This document shows positions 16,073-25,226 of a stretch of DNA of 32,000 nt, piece after piece. This DNA is from an uncultured archaeon. GTDB taxonomy: Archaea > Asgardarchaeota > Thorarchaeia > Thorarchaeales > Thorarchaeaceae. The stretch spans positions 120,001-152,000 of the forward strand of contig CAZYLT010000002.1 in assembly GCA_964648855.1 (NCBI GenBank). The letters are read 5' to 3'. A program made the position numbers and the translations under genes. Within the stretch, counting starts at the first letter, position 1; each line of letters starts with the position of its first letter. The notes below the pieces were generated by a model that was not told the origin of the DNA, did not search any database, and was given only the letters and a program-made list of their open reading frames with translations.

Positions 16073-19000
16073 CTAAGAAAGCCCATCAATCAAGGAGAGG
16101 AGGATGTGTTTCACCTCGCTCTTCGATTCTGGCACACCATAGGCTTCTCTTGCCAGGGACACGAAGCTGACTGCCTTTTCCAGCCATGATGTTCGCTCGA
16201 TTTTCGCGGTTTCCAATGCCTTGCGGACCAGTGAGACCAAGGCATCCGGCTCCCCTTCCTGTGCCAAGGCGACGCGCACTCGCCAGATATCTTCAAAGCC
16301 ATCAGTACGCAGGATTGTTTCTAATCTCTCGTTCTCAGTTGTGGGCTTGCCAGCAACTCTAGTTTCCACGATGGGTTCAGGCATAGCCTCAGCAGTATCC
16401 TTCATGATTAAACGTTTGAAAATATCATCGGGAAGAGGAGTGAACTCATGCCAATGGGGATGTCTCTCGTAGACGGTCTCCATGGCGTCGTAGACCATTT
16501 TGTTGGTGACGGGTACGCTTGGAGGTTTCTCCACGAAGAAGCGTTCTAGTTTGACGAATCGGCAATTCTTTGCCTGTTTATGGTGCTCTGTAAAGACCAC
16601 TGCCTCACCTTTCTTCATACCTGCAATATGCTCAATCTGGCCGTCGGTCAGTCCCATATGCTTCCCTACAAGGGTTCTCTCATATTCACTATTCAGAGCA
16701 TGACAGATGGTGTTCACTGGTAGTTTCACAGCCTCGCGAACGAGTTCGCCAGGAAGCTGTTCCAGCATGACCAACCCTAATCCTGTGCCTCCAGCCACTC
16801 TGAACATCTCTACAAAAGCCAAGCTGGTCTCATTCTGCATCTGGGGAGCATCAATCTGTTGTGACGAGGAGCTTCTGAGAAGGTTATGTGCCTCTTCAAG
16901 AACTAACAGATGTCTTACCACCTTGGTGGGGTGCGCCTGTTTGTATTCACTGATTCCACAGGCCAAGATCCCTGACAGGAATATCCGGTCTTCTTTCGAG
17001 AGTGCATCCATCTCGACGATAGTTGGTTTCGACAAGAGCTCAGCAAAGGATACGCCCCTGCTCGTGTTGAACATATCTATAATCACTGGATTGGTCAGCA
17101 TGCTCTCAATGCGCGACACTAGCGCCCCATACATATCTGCCTGCAACTCCTCCCCATATGGAGTGCGCTTCCGTACATCCAACACCGCGTCCACGAGGTC
17201 CGTGAGTAGAACTGGCCGTCCCTTTGTTTCATTCTTTGAGTCCCACCCACAGTTCTCATAGGCTGTTCGAATCATCCGCTTCGTATGCATCTCTAGTGTT
17301 CCACCGTTGGGCATGGAGGCTGAGAAGGCGGTGACAATCCGACTGATCCATTTGTTAAGCGGAACCCCGTCTGGCACATTGAATGGATTTATTCGGAAAG
17401 GAGCTACCTTTGGATTTCCTGCAGTGAAAATCCTCAATTCCTTGAAGATCTGCAGAAGCCGCCTCCAGTCCTGAGGCTTGTAGGGAACAAGGACAACGGG
17501 TATGATTCCTAAGTCGATTGCCTGCGCGATGACACTCAACGCGGAACTGGTCTTGCCCGAGCGCGTGTTGCCATAGATTGCCAGGTGCGAATCTAGACCG
17601 TTCGGAGGAAGCCACGAAACAATATCATCGAACTCCTCTCCTCGAACGTCCAGATGTTTCCCAAGATAGATCTTGTTTCCTATGTGATGCCATTCGACAC
17701 CTGTCTTTACTTTGGCAGAATTTCTTGTGTGTGTTTGTTTTGGAGCGGGCCTGAGCTCCTTGGTGGCCTGTGAGAACCTCTCTCTCTTTACTACAGGAAT
17801 CCCTAAATCCACTTCAGGTAGCACAAAGTATGCTGCCACCTCATCAGGAGTCAAGAGGGTGCCCTCCTTGGGCGGTAGCCCCCTCAATACGTTGGCAACT
17901 TCTTTTCGCTTGGTCTTGGCATCCACACTGAACTCGTCTTCTTCACTCAGTGGGCGGGCTCCGCCAAGCAGAGATCCCATTACTCTTCTTGCTCGTTGGT
18001 CCGCGGTTTCAATCTCTCTATCCCAGCAAGTGACGGTGACTGATGTTCGTGCAAGATGTTTATTGGAGAGTCTTTTGATTTCTCGCTCCAACTGCTCAGA
18101 TTCTCTTTTTGCCTCGGCATCGATAATCGTCTTGGACTCTTGACTGCGTCCCGAAAATAGACTGTCCTTTTCCTTGGATATGGTTGTGTGAGACCGTTCC
18201 ACTGCTGATTCATATTCTCTCTTCAGCGAGTCAATCGATCTGTTACTCACTGAGGCAGGGACTGCAAAGATCTGAATGCTACAGTTATCGCTCTTCTTTA
18301 GAAGGCTGACCGCTCCTTCGAGAATACTTGACCGTGGAACCTCTTCATCCAGTGATTGCGGAATGCCCATTGCATTCCACATGGACCCGTTCTTCTCCTC
18401 AGGAAGAACGAAACCTCTGTAGGGATTGTCCACCGTGAAGCCATACTCGGGTAGATTTGCAGTTAGGGTGTTTTCAAGCGTTTCCAGATACTGCTCTGTA
18501 GTTTCAGCATCGTCTGCCCAAGTTAGGAACAGAAGCCTGATGTATTCTCCACGTGCATCATATCGTATCGCCACAGGAATTGAGGACAAAATCATCTGTC
18601 TAACGATATTATGCATAGCCACTGTTCGCTTCTTTCTCTCCACTGGGTCCTGTTCCTTGGCTATCAGAGTATGTGGAACGGCCTCCACTCTCACCGCAGC
18701 CACCAATGGCTCAGTCTTCCTGAAGATGCTGGTGATGGACGGAGGAACTGAAATCCTAGCATTTGAAGAAGTGGAGATAGGAACAGGAAGTGCCCCTTGC
18801 TGCCCTCCTTGACTCTGGAGGTAGAGGTATCCACCAAGGACCCCACATGCTCCCGCTCCGAGGACGAGTGCATTCAGTCCGGTCCCAACGATGGGGATTG
18901 GTATGACAGACAACCAAAAGAGTCCACCAGCAATTATGGCACCAATTCCTACAACGAAGCCTGCTCCCCATGAATACAGCCACGCCCTTACATCCTGAGT

Positions 19001-19195
19001 TCCAATTAGGACCCCTGCGCCATAGAGGAAAGCGAGTCCCCCCAATAACATCGTGAACCCTATCCAATCAACAGGGACGATTCCAACAAGCAAAATCAGA
19101 TACAGCAAACCAAAACTAGGGATTGCTGTCAGAATGAGCATCCCCACTATCCTCATTACCCAGACGACCCATGAATCAGACTTCTCCTCCGTCAT
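16073..19195 (-). CDS. Membrane-anchored HerA/FtsK (DUF87, VirB4/VirD4-like) ATPase
   Basis: About 4 N-terminal TM helices; Walker A HLAIYGNTRSGKTS; FRINPF; Walker B LLVLEEAHNLL; sensor LEQLP; HAL and GEAVV C-terminal motifs. Confidence 0.88.
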   Translation of the reverse strand: MTEEKSDSWVVWVMRIVGMLILTAIPSFGLLYLILLVGIVPVDWIGFTMLLGGLAFLYGAGVLIGTQDVRAWLYSWGAGFVVGIGAIIAGGLFWLSVIPIPIVGTGLNALVLGAGACGVLGGYLYLQSQGGQQGALPVPISTSSNARISVPPSITSIFRKTEPLVAAVRVEAVPHTLIAKEQDPVERKKRTVAMHNIVRQMILSSIPVAIRYDARGEYIRLLFLTWADDAETTEQYLETLENTLTANLPEYGFTVDNPYRGFVLPEEKNGSMWNAMGIPQSLDEEVPRSSILEGAVSLLKKSDNCSIQIFAVPASVSNRSIDSLKREYESAVERSHTTISKEKDSLFSGRSQESKTIIDAEAKRESEQLEREIKRLSNKHLARTSVTVTCWDREIETADQRARRVMGSLLGGARPLSEEDEFSVDAKTKRKEVANVLRGLPPKEGTLLTPDEVAAYFVLPEVDLGIPVVKRERFSQATKELRPAPKQTHTRNSAKVKTGVEWHHIGNKIYLGKHLDVRGEEFDDIVSWLPPNGLDSHLAIYGNTRSGKTSSALSVIAQAIDLGIIPVVLVPYKPQDWRRLLQIFKELRIFTAGNPKVAPFRINPFNVPDGVPLNKWISRIVTAFSASMPNGGTLEMHTKRMIRTAYENCGWDSKNETKGRPVLLTDLVDAVLDVRKRTPYGEELQADMYGALVSRIESMLTNPVIIDMFNTSRGVSFAELLSKPTIVEMDALSKEDRIFLSGILACGISEYKQAHPTKVVRHLLVLEEAHNLLRSSSSQQIDAPQMQNETSLAFVEMFRVAGGTGLGLVMLEQLPGELVREAVKLPVNTICHALNSEYERTLVGKHMGLTDGQIEHIAGMKKGEAVVFTEHHKQAKNCRFVKLERFFVEKPPSVPVTNKMVYDAMETVYERHPHWHEFTPLPDDIFKRLIMKDTAEAMPEPIVETRVAGKPTTENERLETILRTDGFEDIWRVRVALAQEGEPDALVSLVRKALETAKIERTSWLEKAVSFVSLAREAYGVPESKSEVKHILLSLIDGLS

Positions 19196-19548
19196 ATGAC
19201 TACTTCCCTACCTACTGCTATTCTTCGAGTTCACGAAGAAGGCGTGCGGGTGGCGGCATGGTGTGTATGTATGTGATACAATTATACTAAAGTCATGTGC
19301 TGGGTGGAAATTAGTCGTCTTTGAACTCAATTATGAATATAAGACACATAGAAGGTTTTATCGAATTTAAGTAAGTCTAATACGATTCATAAATCCCTTT
19401 ACCCCGCTCATATTGCCTAGATGACGTATTCATCATCGCAACCGGCACAATAACTTCCTACTTTCTTACTTGGAAAACATATTGAAAACCGTTTGCAGGA
19501 TGCTTTATTAATTGCCAAACTTAGAGGGGCATTTGGTGGGGACAAAAG

Positions 19549-19800
19549 ATGAACTCAAATCTTACCAATATTGAAGACATTGGGAAAGCCGTAACGTTAC
19601 TCGGATTAGTTTCACTCATCGGTGCGGCTGTATCATACATACAGATTATGAACTTGGCTCTAACTCTGAAGGACACGGGAGTAGTTACGGACATGACTCC
19701 ATATTTACTACTCACATTGGTACAGCTTGCATTGGTTGTAGTTTATGCTATAGTCATCATGCTAGCATACGGAGTAATGAAGAGAGTCCGAAACCAATAA
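19549..19800 (+). CDS. Small two-TM membrane protein
   Basis: ATG start with upstream GGTGGG; two long hydrophobic segments and a basic C-terminus. Confidence 0.6.
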   Translation: MNSNLTNIEDIGKAVTLLGLVSLIGAAVSYIQIMNLALTLKDTGVVTDMTPYLLLTLVQLALVVVYAIVIMLAYGVMKRVRNQ

Positions 19801-19806
19801 TCAAGA

Positions 19807-20504
19807 TTAGGTACTTCTCGTCAGGATAACTGTGTAATCATATCCTGCGACATGACTGAAGCGCCAATAGTACTCGATATAGTTCGGAAGTCCTGTTGTT
19901 CGATTAACCAGACCATATGTGGAAGAATAGTAAGAACCATGGCCTGATCCCGGCATTCTCCACTCACGATACAAGCTATACTCTCCGGTGAGCGTTTTCG
20001 TCCCATTGTATTCATATTGACTCGGGAACGGCGATTCTTCATTATATACAATCTCCAGTTTCGTATCAAAGAGTGACTCTACGAATGCCCAGTTTCCCAC
20101 TGGAAATATCAAGAATGACACTAAACCCCCAATCGGTACTTGGCTATGTACACCATTATCTGGGCCATCCAGAAAACTCGCATTCGCCTTTCTAGGATTT
20201 GCTATCTCTTCTATGAAGATTCGTGCGGTGATGTTATTCGGAAGGTCTGGTCGCTGACTATATCAATCACAATCTGAGAATTATTTCAAGGAACCCAATC
20301 ATCTACTATATCACCATTGCCACCAGTTTCATGGATTCTGAAGTCATAGATGACAGTAGTATCGGCGATATCCGCCTATTCGAGTTCATGACTCTCTTCC
20401 TTGGTGGGCTCAAGAGGATTATTCACAACGAGAATCGTGATTCCAGATGCTATGATGATAACTGATATGATCACAGCCAGTACATATCTTCCGTGTTTCT
20501 GCAA
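19807..20504 (-). pseudogene. Disrupted gene for a membrane-anchored/secreted protein
   Basis: TTG start at 20504 gives MQKHGRYVLAVIISVIIIASGITILVV (signal anchor); in-frame TAG (20376-20378) and TGA (20286-20288); frameshift near 20250 joins the 19807-20121 frame. Confidence 0.65.
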
Positions 20505-20644
20505 GGCCCTCAATCCACACCAGTAGTGTAGAATATGCATATCAGTCTAATCATCTCCGTGATATTGTGACAAGACGCAGTCAATTGTCCGCTTTCGAAG
20601 ACCCAATATCCTTTTGACGAACCCTCCCCCTCTTTGGTGGTAAG

Positions 20645-21316
20645 ATGGAAATAAGAACAATTGCTCGGAAGGTAGCATACGTGATCTTCTGGTATGTCAT
20701 CTATCTGAACCTCGTATTGTATATCTTTATCCCGAGCATCTTCAGTCAATTGGAGTATTAGCTTCTCATTCTGGTAATGATTGCAACTGGGGCTATCGAC
20801 ACTGTTTTTCGTCAGTTATCTGAGAGGGGAAGTGCACGGGACAAATACACTCTACTTATGCTGGTGTTATTCCTTCTGAACCCTCTCCTTTGGATTCTCG
20901 CTTATTATGAAAAAAACCTCATAATCTCCACATTCATTCCTCTTCTGGATACAAGGATTATCAGCTATCTGGGGCTCATCATCTTCATAACTGGCAGCAT
21001 CATCTCAATAGTGGGACGAATGCAGTTGAGGTCATTTGGAAGCGGCTATATAGTGATTGAGGAGCGTCATGAACTTGTACAGAGTGGCATCTACTCTAAG
21101 ATTAGGCATCCTATCTATCTGGGCGGTCTGATTGGTGTACCTGCCATGCTGCTGGTATTTCGATCTCTGTTAATGCCCATTATAGCACTCTTAATCTACT
21201 TCATAATTCTTCGATGACGAATGGGAAAAGAAGAAGAAATGTTGAAAGATGAATTCGGACCCGAATATGTCGAGTATACGAAACAAACAAGTAGACTTAT
21301 TCCTGGCATATATTAA
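20645..21316 (+). pseudogene. Isoprenylcysteine carboxyl methyltransferase (Ste14/ICMT) family gene with two in-frame stops
   Basis: One frame from ATG 20645 (GGTGG upstream) to TAA 21316 with TAG at 20759-20761 and TGA at 21215-21217; ICMT motifs HELVQSGIYSKIRHPIYLG and, after the TGA, RMGKEEEMLKDEFGPEYVEY..RLIPGIY. Confidence 0.85.
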
Positions 21317-21334
21317 TGAGGAGAGAATTTTGCT

Positions 21335-21784
21335 TTGAACCCTGATATGAGCATCGATAAAATTGAGGATGCAGTCGATGAGTATTCAGATTTACTAAAG
21401 GAAGCTGGCATAGAAGCTAACGATGTCAAACCTCAAGAACTCGTAGACTATTTTTCTGGAACCCCTCCGACAGGGGATACGACAACACTACATGATGTGG
21501 TTTCCCATAAATGGCTATTTTTACATGAGATGGTTGAACTGAAGCACCTCAAACTGAAGGGCCATGAGATTTCGACTTCACTTCTATGGGATGCGCAAGA
21601 AGATGTTCTAGGAGCACACATCGCAGCAACTGCAGTGGAACTGAAACTGGCTCTAAAACACGATAATCGCGAATGGATTAGGAAAAGAGTGAAATCAGTT
21701 TCATCTTGGCTTGAGGATTCTGATTTTCCCGAACGCTTTCGAGAAGCCTGTGAGCATTTGTTGGACCATTACTCAAAAGCATGA
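21335..21784 (+). CDS. Hypothetical protein with HExxE metal-binding-like motif
   Basis: FLHEMVE followed by AH..A...E; GAGGAG SD upstream of TTG. Confidence 0.65.
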   Translation: MNPDMSIDKIEDAVDEYSDLLKEAGIEANDVKPQELVDYFSGTPPTGDTTTLHDVVSHKWLFLHEMVELKHLKLKGHEISTSLLWDAQEDVLGAHIAATAVELKLALKHDNREWIRKRVKSVSSWLEDSDFPERFREACEHLLDHYSKA

Positions 21785-21854
21785 TTTCAAGGCAAGAATC
21801 AGATGAACCTCAGGTTACCACTCTTACCCGTTTATTATGAATGTTCCTTGGCAC

Positions 21855-22649
21855 TCAGCCAAATAAGAATGCAAATACGTTATCCAAAACCATCATGATG
21901 ATGAACCCGCTGAGAAGGCCCCATGTGGCAATCCTTGCATTACCTCCGCTGTGACTCTCCGGTACCATCTCGTCCCCCACTACGAAAATCATGGCTCCTG
22001 CTGCAAATGCAAGTCCATAAGGCAAGAGGAAACGCGAGAAAGTGACAATGGATACCCCAAGTATTCCTCCTATCGGTTCAACGAGTCCTGTGAGGAGCGC
22101 TAGTCCTGCAGCTTTCCTTCTAGAATATCCTTCGCGCACCAGTGGAGCAGCCACAGCCAACCCCTCTGGAATGTTTTGCAAAGCTATTGCCACAGCCACT
22201 GAGGTACCAGTCAGAATATCTCCACCACCAAAGGACACTCCTACTGCTAGCCCCTCGGGAAAATTATGTATGGTTATTGCCATAACAAGGAGCCACACCT
22301 TTGAGAGACTGGTTGGAGGGCCTTCAACGCCCTTCTCGAAGTGTGCATGTGGGATAAACTTGTCTGCGACATGAATGAATACCCCCCCAAGTCCAAATCC
22401 GAATGCCACCACAGTCAGGACCTCGAGCCACGTATCGATCATTTCGAGTGCTGGCACTAGCAAGCTAAACGCTGAAGCTGCTAACATGACTCCGGCTGCG
22501 ATTCCTAGCATGATGTCCAGCGTTCTCCTACTATAATCCCCTCCAAGTAACACTGGTATGGCACCAATTCCGGTCGCGGTCCCTGCAAGAAGACTTGCGA
22601 TAGTTCCTAGAGCAATGGGGTCTGAAAGCAGGAGCTGCATTGCAATCAC
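21855..22649 (-). CDS. zupT: ZIP family zinc/divalent metal transporter (ZupT/GufA)
   Basis: HNFPEGLAVG, QNIPEGLAVA, AAGVML, AAGAM and EMVPE motifs; multi-TM. Confidence 0.92.
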   Translation of the reverse strand: MIAMQLLLSDPIALGTIASLLAGTATGIGAIPVLLGGDYSRRTLDIMLGIAAGVMLAASAFSLLVPALEMIDTWLEVLTVVAFGFGLGGVFIHVADKFIPHAHFEKGVEGPPTSLSKVWLLVMAITIHNFPEGLAVGVSFGGGDILTGTSVAVAIALQNIPEGLAVAAPLVREGYSRRKAAGLALLTGLVEPIGGILGVSIVTFSRFLLPYGLAFAAGAMIFVVGDEMVPESHSGGNARIATWGLLSGFIIMMVLDNVFAFLFG

Positions 22650-22797
22650 AGTACTGCTGATGTATGCTCCTCTACCTTATGACCATTACTAGCCATAACA
22701 AATAGAATCCAAACAAAACAATTGGTGTGGAAGTCAGAACAACAAGTTTCGGGTAGTGCTATTATGTACTGCCAGAAGGATTCATCCGCGTGCTAGA

Positions 22798-23076
22798 TTA
22801 TGCTACTTTCATATGTATGCTCATTAGTGCGCGCACATGATCGAGATTGATGTCCATCTCTTTCATTCTGTCCTTATTGGGAAAGTACAATGGTTGCCTC
22901 ATGTCCCTGAGGTTTGGTACCTTCTTGCAGAGTCTTGTATCTGTGAGCCTTCTAAGTGCATCACCAACTGTCCTCTGTGATAGGTCAACTTCTCCCCGGA
23001 TTTGCTTTGGTGTCATCGGTCCCTTGTCTACCAACTGATTAAGAACTACGAGTGCGCTGCTTGTGAGACCGGTCAT
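22798..23076 (-). CDS. Small winged-helix transcriptional regulator (archaeal MarR/ArsR-like)
   Basis: GPMTPKQI..LSQRTVGDALRRL HTH and wing PNLRDMRQPLY. Confidence 0.82.
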   Translation of the reverse strand: MTGLTSSALVVLNQLVDKGPMTPKQIRGEVDLSQRTVGDALRRLTDTRLCKKVPNLRDMRQPLYFPNKDRMKEMDINLDHVRALMSIHMKVA

Positions 23077-23239
23077 TCTGTGTACACCTTATGTATCGGC
23101 AATGTGAGCGAACAAATATTGCCGCTATAAAGCACGGCAAATCCCTTATTAACTATTTTGCCGCATGCAATTATGAAGTTGTAATTCGAGTTCCAATTAT
23201 CTCGAAAAACTATAACTGGGTCGTGTTTCCCTGACTGAC

Positions 23240-24331
23240 ATGAAGGCACTTGATCAGAAGGACCTGCGCATACTCGAGGCGATAGAACGCATGGGCGGAA
23301 ACGCATCTGCCCCCGAGATAGCTGAGGCTCTAACCCCCACTATTCCAGCGCGAACTATCCGATATCGCCTCTCAAAATTGATGGAACGAGGAATTCTACT
23401 ACCGACGTTCATTCAGACCTGTGAGCGAAAGATTGGTCTTGGACAGCAGATTCTCGTAGTCCAAGAGAATCAGCAGAAAAGCGAACGACTGGAACAGCTC
23501 ATTCGCGACCTACCGCTGTTCTATTGGTACGTGCCAACTCATGGAAAATTCGATGGTCATCTCATTCATAGTGTGTACGATGTAAACGACAGCGCCACCG
23601 TGAACAAGATAGCAGAAAGCATGAAGGACAGCGGATTCATCCATGACTACTATACATTCGATATTCTTGACTATCGCACCAAGAAGGTTGATTTCTCCAA
23701 ATATGACCCAGGTGGTGATTGGTCATGGGATTGGATGAACTGGATCAATACATTGCAGGATGAGCTTCAGGAGCCATCAATATCAGCTCGGGCATGGTGT
23801 GAAGGCAAGAATCCCATCTCCTATGATGCGGTTGATATCAAGCTGGTCCGGGCATTGAAACGAGATGCTGATATGACCATAAGCGATCTCGTCACATTGA
23901 CCGATTGCTCTATTGCTGAGGTTCGAGATCGTATTCAGAGACTTCGTGACAAGGGCGTCATAAAGGGGTATAGACGGGCATACGGGTTCGCTGGAGATTT
24001 ATTGTGGATTTCATGTTTCTTGGATATTCGAGAACATGTTGACAGCATTTTGGAGAAGCTCTTGGAACTACCGTTTCCGGGTGTGCTCCTCCTGAACAGC
24101 CCTTCAAAGTTCTGTCTTCGACTAGGGATGACCACTCCTCACCTCAAACGGTTCTTTCAAGGGTTCAAGCAGATCCGGTCCGACATGAACTCCTACTTCT
24201 TTCAGTTCCATTTACCTGATTTGATTGACTCAGATTTTCAGGATGTGTTTGAATTCTATAATCAAGAAGAGGGTCATTGGGAGATTCCAACTAACAAATA
24301 CGTGGCTATGGTAAAAGACCACCAGGGATGA
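23240..24331 (+). CDS. Tandem (double) Lrp/AsnC-type regulator
   Basis: Two Lrp-like HTH units: LDQKDLRILEAI...RTIRYRLSKLMERGIL and DAVDIKLVRALKRDA...VRDRIQRLRDKGVIKGY. Confidence 0.85.
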   Translation: MKALDQKDLRILEAIERMGGNASAPEIAEALTPTIPARTIRYRLSKLMERGILLPTFIQTCERKIGLGQQILVVQENQQKSERLEQLIRDLPLFYWYVPTHGKFDGHLIHSVYDVNDSATVNKIAESMKDSGFIHDYYTFDILDYRTKKVDFSKYDPGGDWSWDWMNWINTLQDELQEPSISARAWCEGKNPISYDAVDIKLVRALKRDADMTISDLVTLTDCSIAEVRDRIQRLRDKGVIKGYRRAYGFAGDLLWISCFLDIREHVDSILEKLLELPFPGVLLLNSPSKFCLRLGMTTPHLKRFFQGFKQIRSDMNSYFFQFHLPDLIDSDFQDVFEFYNQEEGHWEIPTNKYVAMVKDHQG

Positions 24332-24460
24332 ACTCTTGTTTCTTGAACACGGACCTCCCTCTAGCTAACGTTCTATTATCAATAAAATTAGAACACGTGT
24401 ATCAAACATACAACTCAAACCGGCAAAACCGCTAATGCCCTGGAACACCTCTAGAAGCCG

Positions 24461-24567
24461 TGGTGGGCCCGACGAGAGTTGAACTCGTGACCGCTCCCTC
24501 GCCTGAAGGAAGTCTCCAGACGTACAGGTTATGAGCCTGGTGCTCTACCAAGCTGAGCTACGGGCCC
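24461..24567 (-). tRNA. tRNA-Ile2(CAT) (less likely Met) with a 30-nt non-canonical intron (about 24494-24523); CCA encoded
   Basis: Reverse complement GGGCCCG TA GCTC..GAGC A CCAGG CTCATAA CCTG [intron] CGGTC ACGAG TTCAACT CTCGT CGGGCCC ACCA; GGGCCC acceptor is typical of archaeal Ile tRNAs. Confidence 0.88.
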
Positions 24568-24725
24568 TGGGCTAAGGAAGCCTGAGGAAATGGCTTTAGC
24601 GTGTTGATATTAAGCTTACGTAACGGGTCAAGGTACCTATGGCGCACATCAAGTGAATTGACCATTTTGATGTGCGACCTTAAATTGGGCGACAATGATT
24701 AGAAGAAAAGAACCGAGGCTCGTCA

Positions 24726-25067
24726 ATGATTCTTCTCTTCACTTCAACATATTGCACATGGTGTAATGTTGTCAAGAGGATGATAGTCGAAGACGCACAA
24801 GAGCTGAGCGGTCTGGTTCCGATTCATGAAGTGGACATAGAGAAGCACGAATCCATTGCTAAGGTCTATGGAGTTCTCATGGTTCCGACCTTGGTGTCTG
24901 GTTCCAGTGTCTTATCAGGTCTTCCATCGGACTCAGACCTACACTCATTCATTTTGAAGGCAGCTGCCGGATCTGCTGTCGCCTCTGATGGAATCAAGAT
25001 GCCCAAAATCAGCGGTTTCAAGAAAGAGAAGGCTGAAGAACGGCATAAGATTGAGAAGCATGTATGA
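24726..25067 (+). CDS. Thioredoxin/glutaredoxin-family protein
   Basis: CTWC active site, EVDIE and YGVLMVPTL (cis-Pro) motifs. Confidence 0.85.
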   Translation: MILLFTSTYCTWCNVVKRMIVEDAQELSGLVPIHEVDIEKHESIAKVYGVLMVPTLVSGSSVLSGLPSDSDLHSFILKAAAGSAVASDGIKMPKISGFKKEKAEERHKIEKHV

Positions 25068-25082
25068 AGGCCAGAGGCACAG

Positions 25083-25105
25083 AAGTTATGTTCCTGACAT
25101 AACTT
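25083..25105. promoter_or_regulatory. Perfect 9-bp inverted repeat abutting the tRNA-Glu TATA box
   Basis: aagttatgt-N5-acataactt, overlapping ctttaata about 30 nt upstream of tRNA-Glu. Confidence 0.5.
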
Positions 25106-25137
25106 TAATAACCGTAGATTTTACCCCCACGAAATAA

Positions 25138-25215
25138 GCCCCGATAGTGTAGCCCGGCCCAGCATCTAGGGTTTTCGACCCTATGACCCGGGTTCGAATC
25201 CCGGTCGGGGCACCA
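25138..25215 (+). tRNA. tRNA-Glu(TTC), intronless, CCA encoded
   Basis: GCCCCGA/TCGGGGC acceptor, TAGGG-TTTTCGA-CCCTA anticodon arm, CCGGG-TTCGAAT-CCCGG T-arm, ACCA end. Confidence 0.95.
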
Positions 25216-25226
25216 TTTTTGGATCT

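Noticed and set aside
20510-20749. 79-aa minus-strand ORF
   Set aside because: Overlaps the reconstructed 5' part of the ICMT-like pseudogene on the opposite strand; no motif
20645-21316. Selenocysteine or pyrrolysine recoding of the in-frame TGA/TAG
   Set aside because: The stops are not at Cys-type catalytic positions, two different stop codons would both need recoding, the neighbouring gene also has a frameshift, and TGA/TAG terminate normal genes in this window
19196-21850. An attR copy of the tRNA-Asn 3' end bounding the ATPase island
   Set aside because: No such repeat or integrase found by eye, so the right boundary is undefined and no mobile element is called there
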